Made by a program: the position numbers and the translations under genes | The notes under the pieces: generated by a model | The model's database searches: none | Told to the model about the DNA's origin: nothing | What the model saw: the letters and a program-made list of their open reading frames with translations, nothing else | Assembly (NCBI GenBank): GCA_036846305.1 | Contig: DAIUCF010000003.1 | Location: forward strand, 67-64,066 | Direction of reading: 5' to 3' | DNA: 64,000 bases | Origin: Candidatus Poseidoniaceae archaeon | GTDB taxonomy: Archaea; Thermoplasmatota; Poseidoniia; Poseidoniales; Poseidoniaceae | Shown: positions 34,805-41,923 of the stretch, piece by piece | Position numbering within the stretch: the stretch's first letter is position 1 | Layout of the letters: each line of letters begins with the position of its first letter

Positions 34805-35989
34805 TCACTCATAGGCAATTTCAGTCAATTTTGGCACCATGATCGTTACAATCACTGTTAGAGTCCAATCGTTGCCTGGGTCGGGGTCAGGGGTTCCTTC
34901 GAACAGCGGATCCGGGTCAGCCTGTTGTGCTGTAACTGACCACATCCATGCTCCTTGACCTTTACGTGAACCGGTTGAGGATAAAAGCTGTTCAAGTAGA
35001 ATCTCGGCTGAATCTGAGTCATAAATTCCATCCTCGCCCTCAGAATTCATTCCATCCAATTCTAGAGAGGCTGAGGCAGTTTCATTTGCGGTTAAATTTC
35101 CACCTTCGGTTTGAGCTGTTCTCTCATAATTATCGTTTGATATCAAGAGTGACAGAGTGAAATTATCTTGCGGCGCAAGCACGTCCTGTTGCAACTCCAA
35201 AACTCCTTCATAGGAAATGACTCTACCCATTTCTCCCGGGGTAATATTGCCTTCCCATTGCTGGCCCTGATCAAGGTATTCATCCCAAGAAAACTCAAGT
35301 TCAGTGGACTCCCATGTAACTTCGAAACGCCTCGGGCTGATCTCCAAAGTAAAGAGTTCAGTTACCGAAAATTCTGCAGAATCAATGACAGTAAGGCTGC
35401 CTTGCACAGTTCCAGAGCGGTTTGTGGGAAGTAGCACAGTTTCCGTAGATGCATCAACATCGTTACGGGCATCGCCATCGCCATCTGTATCATCTCCCCA
35501 GTTCAAATCCCAGTTGAACTGTAAAGTATCCCCTTCGGGGTCGAAACTCTTGCTCGCATCCAACAAAACTGAGTCTCCGGAACGGATTGAATTTGGGTAT
35601 GTAAGATTGAGTTGTGGGGCGCCGTTAACAGTGATGGTGGTGGTTGCTCGGTCTTTTCCACCTTGGTCGTTGATTACAGTCAATTCAACAATAAACATTC
35701 CAAATATGGAGTATCGATGTGAAGTAAAACCTGTCGTCGTCTCAGAAGTTTGTCCATCGCCAAAGTCCCATAAAAATTGGGTAATAACTCCTTCAATTGG
35801 TTCGGAATCTCTTGCATCAAAAGTGACGGTCTCACCCTCTTGGATTTGAAGTGGATATGCTGTCATATTGGCACGAGGATCGACTGTGAATTCGAGTGCC
35901 CCCGTGCAACCAGCAACCAAAGTCGAGCAAATAAGAAGCCCAACCATGAACAAGGAATGCAGTCTTTGACCACTAACCTTCTGCCACAT
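34805..35989 (-). CDS. Secreted (lipobox-like) protein with two PKD domains
   Basis: Signal/lipobox-like LLICSTLVAGCTG. PKD signature FDARDSEPIEGVITQFLWDFGDGQTSETTTGFTSHRYSIFGMFIVELTVINDQGG. Second PKD LDASKSFDPEGDTLQFNWDL. Confidence 0.75.
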   Translation of the reverse strand: MWQKVSGQRLHSLFMVGLLICSTLVAGCTGALEFTVDPRANMTAYPLQIQEGETVTFDARDSEPIEGVITQFLWDFGDGQTSETTTGFTSHRYSIFGMFIVELTVINDQGGKDRATTTITVNGAPQLNLTYPNSIRSGDSVLLDASKSFDPEGDTLQFNWDLNWGDDTDGDGDARNDVDASTETVLLPTNRSGTVQGSLTVIDSAEFSVTELFTLEISPRRFEVTWESTELEFSWDEYLDQGQQWEGNITPGEMGRVISYEGVLELQQDVLAPQDNFTLSLLISNDNYERTAQTEGGNLTANETASASLELDGMNSEGEDGIYDSDSAEILLEQLLSSTGSRKGQGAWMWSVTAQQADPDPLFEGTPDPDPGNDWTLTVIVTIMVPKLTEIAYE

Positions 35990-36074
35990 AGGAACAACTA
36001 ATCGCCCACCCTATCTAATGCTTGGGGCGATATTTAAGCCGAATTCTATCATTCAGAGAACCAATTGTTGAGGT

Positions 36075-36452
36075 TCAAAGGTCCACTTCCTCGGGCACAT
36101 CACCAATGATGCCAACATGCTCAAGATGGTCTCCAAGTACATCGACGGATTGGTGCTCAACAACATTTCGTGAAAAATGGTCTACGTCTTGCTCGTCCGC
36201 AGTGAACAAATCCAAGGAATTCACATCACCGACATCGTAATCTGGAGGGGGGAGTTCGATAAGTTCCTCCGTGACTTCAAATTCTTCTGCCTCATCAAGG
36301 GCTTTCAGTGTCTCAGAAATCACTGCATCTTGGCGTTTAGCATGCTCTAGAGTCATTTTCTCATGTAAAGGGTCAACGTATTCCTCGAGGTGAAATTGTT
36401 TGGGCTCTTTCCTTGAGGTGAAGAGGCCCATGATGCGGCTCAATAGGCTCAT
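36075..36452 (-). CDS. Small acidic hypothetical protein
   Basis: 125-aa ORF with an amphipathic N-terminus (MSLLSRIMGLFTSRK) followed by a strongly acidic remainder. Confidence 0.45.
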   Translation of the reverse strand: MSLLSRIMGLFTSRKEPKQFHLEEYVDPLHEKMTLEHAKRQDAVISETLKALDEAEEFEVTEELIELPPPDYDVGDVNSLDLFTADEQDVDHFSRNVVEHQSVDVLGDHLEHVGIIGDVPEEVDL

Positions 36453-36506
36453 GATAATGGTAAAGCGTATTGAAGTATGGTATTTTCTCTTGCTTGAAAT
36501 TCTTGG

Positions 36507-37370
36507 GTGATGTTCAAAGGGGGCCAGTTACGATGTGGATTTATGGCCCTAGACATCCTCGATGGTGAGCGAGTTCTCGCATTCGATTTGGAAACAACGG
36601 GCATATCAACAAGCACCGACAGAATTGTGCAACTTGCCTTAATCGGAGCAGATGCGGATGGTGAAGCGGTGAATTACGAATGTATTGTCAATCCAAGACG
36701 CCCGATTCCCTTTGGAGCAAGTAATGTCCACGGTATTTATGACCACCATGTGAAAGGCAAGGGAGATTTCTCAACGGTTGCTGATGAAGTGGCTGAGTTA
36801 ATTGAAGGGGCAGTTATCGTTGGCCACAATGTTCGAAAATTTGACCTTGAAATGCTCGAAGGTGAATACTATCGGTTAGGAAGAAGAATGCCGCGCCCTA
36901 AAGCGGTTTTAGATACATACGAACTTGTTCGCAGACTGAAAATACCTCGGCCGCATAAACTTGGTTCTTTATGCGCTCGAAACGGAATTTCTCTTGAAAA
37001 CGCCCATACCGCTGGTGCTGATGCTGCAGCGACATTGCTGCTCTTTTGGAGATTGTCAGTTGACCACGCTCCGGCTTTTCGGAAATCGCTCGAAGAATTG
37101 GAGCGATGGGCAGTTCACGGTAATATCACCGCCGATGCAAGCGACTTGGGCCGTGGACTTGGAGATCTAGAAGTCGTCGATTCAATCGGTAAAATCCGCA
37201 GGGATGGGGAACAACTAATCCTCGCTTTTGGAAGACACAAGAGTCGCGATATCCGAGAAGTGTACAATGACGACCCGCGATACATTCACTGGCTGCTCTC
37301 TGCCAAAGGTATTGAAGATGATGAAGGCAGAGAAAAAGTCCGAGAATATTTAGGCATGACCGATGTCTAA
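36507..37370 (+). CDS. DEDDh 3'-5' exonuclease (DnaQ/Pol III epsilon-like) with an extra C-terminal domain
   Basis: ExoI LAFDLETTG, ExoII IVGHNVRKFDLEML, ExoIII HTAGADAAAT. A ~100-aa C-terminal extension follows. Alternative start at 36543 (MALDIL). Confidence 0.8.
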   Translation: MMFKGGQLRCGFMALDILDGERVLAFDLETTGISTSTDRIVQLALIGADADGEAVNYECIVNPRRPIPFGASNVHGIYDHHVKGKGDFSTVADEVAELIEGAVIVGHNVRKFDLEMLEGEYYRLGRRMPRPKAVLDTYELVRRLKIPRPHKLGSLCARNGISLENAHTAGADAAATLLLFWRLSVDHAPAFRKSLEELERWAVHGNITADASDLGRGLGDLEVVDSIGKIRRDGEQLILAFGRHKSRDIREVYNDDPRYIHWLLSAKGIEDDEGREKVREYLGMTDV

Positions 37371-37430
37371 AACTAAAATTCCTAACAGAATGTCGGTTTG
37401 AATATGAGAATTTTGTTGGCCTGTTTTGTT

Positions 37431-37465
37431 AAACTTATGAGTCCCAGAAATAAGTTTCACTTTTT
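37431..37465 (+). terminator. Hairpin plus T-run in a convergent intergenic region; candidate terminator of the exonuclease gene
   Basis: AAACTTAT-(11 nt)-ATAAGTTT at 37431-37457, followed by CAC and TTTTT (37461-37465). Confidence 0.45.
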
Positions 37466-37486
37466 CTAAAGCTTCTCTTAAGCTGA

Positions 37487-38200
37487 CTATCGTTGTGGAG
37501 AAAGGGCTTGGGCCACCAAAACCAAGTGTTTCATGATGTGAATTATCTCCTCGGGCGAGCGACTAACCGTTCGTAGATGCGCTTGAACCATCGTATCAGT
37601 AATTCTCAAGGTGGTGCGTTGATGTAATGCTTGTTGAGCAGAATATATGGCCATTTTTCGTTCGGGTGTTAGGAATTGAAAAACCTGGTTTGGATTCATT
37701 CCTTGGATGTGAAATTGTTGATCAAACACAGAATCATTAATTTGAATATCATGATTTCCGACCAACCCTGAAAACATATTCAATAGGGCAATTTGAGGCT
37801 TAATCTCAAGCCCCAATTGGAGAGGATGAGGATGATAAACTTCGAAAAAAGATTGTACCCTCGAGGCTCTCTTGCCGCCACGTATGACTTTGAGCCATAT
37901 GCGGCAGTGGAATTGATGAATTTGGCCGGTTATTGAGGGGAAGCCATGACTGAAACCTCCGAACCGGAACTCGTATTTTTTAGGTGGAGGTACATACTGA
38001 AGCTCAAGTTTGTGTGCTAGGAATTGGTAATCCTGCTGGAGTTTCGAATGGTAATAATGCGATGCAAGTAAAAAGAAAATGAAGACTCCTAATGGAATTG
38101 AAAGAAAGAAAAAAACAACAGTTACCAAACCTGCCATGTTCTCCACATCATTCTTTATGAAACTCAATGCCATCTGGGATTGGACTCCAAGGTAAAACAT
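37487..38200 (-). CDS. Hypothetical protein with one N-terminal TM
   Basis: 237-aa ORF with TM LVTVVFFFLSIPLGVFIFFLLA. The track start overlaps the upstream nuclease gene by 53 nt; an in-frame ATG at 38137 would remove the overlap. Confidence 0.5.
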   Translation of the reverse strand: MFYLGVQSQMALSFIKNDVENMAGLVTVVFFFLSIPLGVFIFFLLASHYYHSKLQQDYQFLAHKLELQYVPPPKKYEFRFGGFSHGFPSITGQIHQFHCRIWLKVIRGGKRASRVQSFFEVYHPHPLQLGLEIKPQIALLNMFSGLVGNHDIQINDSVFDQQFHIQGMNPNQVFQFLTPERKMAIYSAQQALHQRTTLRITDTMVQAHLRTVSRSPEEIIHIMKHLVLVAQALSPQR

Positions 38201-39341
38201 CGCACCAGTGGCCGATTCTCCATGACCGGCTCTGAGTCATAACCGAACCGAGAAACAATGGTCCCTGATGGCCAGATGCCAAAACCTCGTCAAGGGCTTC
38301 TTTGCCTCGATTGTCAAATCGGGCGGATTGACGAATCCCTGTAGGCATTGCGCGCCCTTTTTCATCAGCAGGCTCACACAATTCCAATACAGCTGACCCC
38401 GTCGAATCGTCGTATTCCTGTAGTAATACGACGGCATCCGAAAAATCACCTTTGTGTAAGCTTCCGTTCTGATGGCGCCAATTCCACCAGTGCGGGCACC
38501 AGGCTTTCCAATCACAAAAACCACCACAAGAGGATTCTCCAATTGTCGGGTCCATTGGCATAGAAGTGGGGACTGTTGCCTGCCATGCTGCATATGCCTG
38601 CTCCAGAACATTGTCACCCTGTGCTGCCCATTTCGAGGAATTCTGCGTATACCAGCCTTCAGTACGGACATTTGGTGCATTCGGATTATTGGCCAAAAGA
38701 ATATCTCGATACATTCGTAACTGGCGGTTTACATCGGTCTTGAGTTCGTTCTCTGGTGTTCTACCCGTCTTCAAATCCGCAACCAACCAACCAATCAATT
38801 CGCCTTCTTCGTTAATATCTCCCATCAACAGGTCAAGCCTTCCCATCAAGCGCCCGTCAGAAGTTTTCAATTCACCTTCTACGGCAATGGCAAGTTTTTG
38901 TACGCGACGCCAAAGCGCACCTGTTACACGTTCTTGGGCCAGACTACGTACACCAACATGGTCTAGAAGCATCATGACGGCCCCCTTTTGATTACGAACT
39001 GCTTCTTTCCATTTGTCTTCCTTCCACTGAGGGCGACGGGGTGTTGCCAAAAATATCGCTTTTTCTTCCTCCCAGCGGGATTTCAAAACTCGTTCAGCAA
39101 ATTGCATGAACCATCCACTTTCTGCGTCGCCTACATGCGAGATATCATGGAGCAAGAGGTCTTCTACTGAAGCATGCACTGCTGTTCCTAAGGACGCAGC
39201 CATTCCGGCCTTGCGTGGTAACCTTTGCCGGCTTAACCAGTACATTCTAGGGCATGTTTCAAATCTATTCCATGCAGAAGGAGAGAGCGAATGTGGGCGA
39301 ACATCCGTTGAAGATTGGTCCGCCATAGAACGCCCTTGCAT
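38148..39341 (-). CDS. Cas4-like / RecB-family PD-(D/E)XK nuclease with four-Cys cluster and a C-terminal extension
   Basis: LSPSAWNRFETCPRMYWL (first Cys), GRLDLLMGD, LVADLKTGR, QLRMYRDIL, then CGGFCDWKAWC (three C-terminal Cys). About 100 further residues are of unknown fold. Confidence 0.75.
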   Translation of the reverse strand: MQGRSMADQSSTDVRPHSLSPSAWNRFETCPRMYWLSRQRLPRKAGMAASLGTAVHASVEDLLLHDISHVGDAESGWFMQFAERVLKSRWEEEKAIFLATPRRPQWKEDKWKEAVRNQKGAVMMLLDHVGVRSLAQERVTGALWRRVQKLAIAVEGELKTSDGRLMGRLDLLMGDINEEGELIGWLVADLKTGRTPENELKTDVNRQLRMYRDILLANNPNAPNVRTEGWYTQNSSKWAAQGDNVLEQAYAAWQATVPTSMPMDPTIGESSCGGFCDWKAWCPHWWNWRHQNGSLHKGDFSDAVVLLQEYDDSTGSAVLELCEPADEKGRAMPTGIRQSARFDNRGKEALDEVLASGHQGPLFLGSVMTQSRSWRIGHWCDVLPWSPIPDGIEFHKE

Positions 39342-39413
39342 TCAACAAACATGAATCCACCGTAGTTCCAATTCATGCAAAGTGTTGAAACCTAAGAGCC
39401 ACCGCATATACCC

Positions 39414-40211
39414 ATGGAACGCCCAAGTGTCCGCTTGAATACGAAAATTGAAACGGAAAACGCAATGGTTGTTGCTTGTTTTCCGAGCATAGGAATGGTT
39501 TCAAGTGTTGTTGCTCATTTCTTGATTGACCATTTAGACTTGGAATTTGTTGGTGCTGTTATTGACCCCCGCTTACCGGTGATTACACTCGTGCAAGAGG
39601 GGGAGCCGTTGCCAGTGATTCGCGCTTACGCCGGAAAGCCACAATGCACAATTGAAGGATGCGACCAAGTAATTTTGCTGATGAGCGAACTGGTTATTCC
39701 TGAACCATTGGTCAACGACATTGTTTGGGCAATGTTTGAATGGTCTCGAGAAAACAAAATCGTTCACGCAGTGGTCATTGATGCGTTCGCCAAAGAAGGC
39801 ATGAAGGGCAATCTCAACGGTGCAGAGCCAACCATCGAGTACGAAGATACCGAAGGTGTTGATGTGGTTGGCATCGGAGCAAACGAAAAAGTCAGAGAGA
39901 TGTTGAAATCAATGGACATAACCTTGCTTAATCAAGGAGTCATCAAAGGAATCAACGCTGCAATTTTGAGTGAAGCCCGACGCAGAGGTTTAGATCTCAT
40001 GTCAATCATGGTCGAGGCGGATCCACGATGGCCTGATGCTCGTGCTGCTGCTACATTAATTGAAACACTCAACAAGGTTCTGCCGACAATTGACCTTCCG
40101 CATCAACCATTGCTTGAGGAAGCTGAGTTCTTGGAAGGTCAAATCAAAGCAATGATGGAAGGTGCTGAAACCAAAACCGATACATCAAGCAGCAGTTCAA
40201 TGTATGGATGA
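39414..40211 (+). CDS. PAC2-family (proteasome assembly chaperone-like, PbaA/PbaB-type) protein, paralogue 2, with a C-terminal HbYX-like tripeptide
   Basis: 265 aa, homologous to the ORF at 25804..26613. Ends ...SSSSSMYG (hydrophobic-Tyr-X). Confidence 0.7.
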   Translation: MERPSVRLNTKIETENAMVVACFPSIGMVSSVVAHFLIDHLDLEFVGAVIDPRLPVITLVQEGEPLPVIRAYAGKPQCTIEGCDQVILLMSELVIPEPLVNDIVWAMFEWSRENKIVHAVVIDAFAKEGMKGNLNGAEPTIEYEDTEGVDVVGIGANEKVREMLKSMDITLLNQGVIKGINAAILSEARRRGLDLMSIMVEADPRWPDARAAATLIETLNKVLPTIDLPHQPLLEEAEFLEGQIKAMMEGAETKTDTSSSSSMYG

Positions 40212-40772
40212 GGCGCGGTTTAGCCGTTTCAACCCCATGGCGACCATGGTAATCCCTAGAATTAGCCCTATCACACTGATTGCAAATGGGAACAGGAGTA
40301 CCTGCTCATACGGCAATCGGAACACATCAAGAAGAGATTCTCCTCTAGCAAATGTGCCTCCTGCTGATGCAGTGAGTAGCATTGAGCCGCAAGCCGCAAG
40401 GCCGGTAGCACAATGAATGCGTGTTGCTGTGGCAGAGTTCCAAAGTCTCCTTCCAAGGCGCCAACGACTCAAAGATGCCCCAATTGCAAAACCTGCTCCA
40501 GACATTGAAAGAAACATCTTGTTCACTAACAAGGGACTACTAAGGCCATCTCCTGGGGACGATGAAACACCACTGAGGACAGCAAATGGGGTTGCTGCCA
40601 AACCGAAGACAAGTGCAAAATGAGCAACATTGTCAAACAAGTCCATCCACTCAGTCCGCTTCAAAAGACCAAAATGGACAAGAAGGCATAGAGTGAAACA
40701 AAGGCCAGAAACGGAGAAAGCGCCAACAACCAACTCGGTGGATATCACGTGGAAAGTAGCAGAGGAAATCAT
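40197..40772 (-). CDS. Small polytopic membrane protein (about 5 TM), possibly DUF2231-like
   Basis: 191 aa, hydrophobic throughout, with His residues near helix ends (FHVIS, LLVHFG, NVAHFAL, RIHCA). The start ATG shares one base with the upstream stop (TAATG). Confidence 0.55.
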   Translation of the reverse strand: MISSATFHVISTELVVGAFSVSGLCFTLCLLVHFGLLKRTEWMDLFDNVAHFALVFGLAATPFAVLSGVSSSPGDGLSSPLLVNKMFLSMSGAGFAIGASLSRWRLGRRLWNSATATRIHCATGLAACGSMLLTASAGGTFARGESLLDVFRLPYEQVLLFPFAISVIGLILGITMVAMGLKRLNRASSIH

Positions 40773-41923
40773 TACTCCCCACCCCCATATTTCCCTGCTA
40801 AGTATTCATGACCGTACCATCTCCATTGATCTTCATTCCATCCTTCTGGTAAACCACCTTCGGGCAGAGGTGCGATTGATTCATCACTGTTCGAGGCGGA
40901 GATAATTTGGCCATCCTCGTCGACTGGTTGTTCTGGTAAAACAATTTGTGATTGCTCATATTTGTTCTCTGGGAACGAAGTATTCAGACGAGATTGTAGA
41001 GCGATAACTGCTCCAGCAATCAAAAATAAAAGAGCAAACGATTGGGCATATACTGCAAATTCTTCAACCTCCCAACCCGGTTCTTCCGATGCAAGCGTGA
41101 ACCAAGGAGTTGTTTGAGTGGGGCCTTCGCCTTGCAACACCGCCCTCCACTGAACGGTTGTCGGTTGCAATGCAGCAGGAAGAGTCGCCGTCCACATGTC
41201 GGTACCCGTTGAATTGACCGGAACTGACACCAATGTACCGCCAGGAACTTGCCATTCAATCTGTACGGATTCTGTAAATTGTGTTTGGATGTTCAGTTCG
41301 GTTTCTGCTCCTAAAGTCCGAACTGTCGGCGGAATATAGTCGGATGAAAGGCGCGGGAGGTTTTCGGGTACGGCTTCAACATCAACGGCCAACCCTTCTG
41401 GATTTATTCCGAAAAACGGAGTTGATTCCCCCCCATGATGTATTGAGCCGTAGAACAACGTCGTACCCATATTCGAGGAACGAACAACCCACGACACTGA
41501 AGTTTCATTCATACCCGATGGTATTGTACGTTCAATGTAATTCATCGACCCGCCATTAGAATCGGATAGAATCTCCCAACCAGCATCTTGAGGTGTGTCA
41601 GAATGCCCTGTTGTATCGGTCAACAAAAACAGTCCAATAAGGCCTGTTTCGCTCGATTGAATATTGGAAACAGAAAGAGTGATTGTGGTTGGTATGCCGG
41701 CATATATTTTTTCAGAGGATGATAACGACATTAGGGCAGTGGAGGTTCCGTTCAGTGAAGCATCTCCATGACAAGCGCCGCCGCATTGCATATCTCGAAT
41801 AGAGTCGCCGTTCCCACCCGGTTCTGCTGAGCCAAAACTCGAACAAAGCAGGAGCATTGAGAGCAGTATAACCGAGCATGTTCTTTGAATAAAACTCAAT
41901 TCAATCCCTCCGAACAAAGGCAA
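40772..41923 (-). CDS. Secreted, C-terminally TM-anchored protein with an N-terminal Cys-x3-Cys-His domain
   Basis: Signal peptide CSVILLSMLLLCSSFGSA, then MQCGGACHGDASLNG...TTITLSVSN...GLIGLFLL. C-terminal TM LLFLIAGAVIAL. Cytoplasmic tail ending GWNEDQWRWYGHEYLAGKYGGGE. Confidence 0.6.
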   Translation of the reverse strand: MPLFGGIELSFIQRTCSVILLSMLLLCSSFGSAEPGGNGDSIRDMQCGGACHGDASLNGTSTALMSLSSSEKIYAGIPTTITLSVSNIQSSETGLIGLFLLTDTTGHSDTPQDAGWEILSDSNGGSMNYIERTIPSGMNETSVSWVVRSSNMGTTLFYGSIHHGGESTPFFGINPEGLAVDVEAVPENLPRLSSDYIPPTVRTLGAETELNIQTQFTESVQIEWQVPGGTLVSVPVNSTGTDMWTATLPAALQPTTVQWRAVLQGEGPTQTTPWFTLASEEPGWEVEEFAVYAQSFALLFLIAGAVIALQSRLNTSFPENKYEQSQIVLPEQPVDEDGQIISASNSDESIAPLPEGGLPEGWNEDQWRWYGHEYLAGKYGGGE

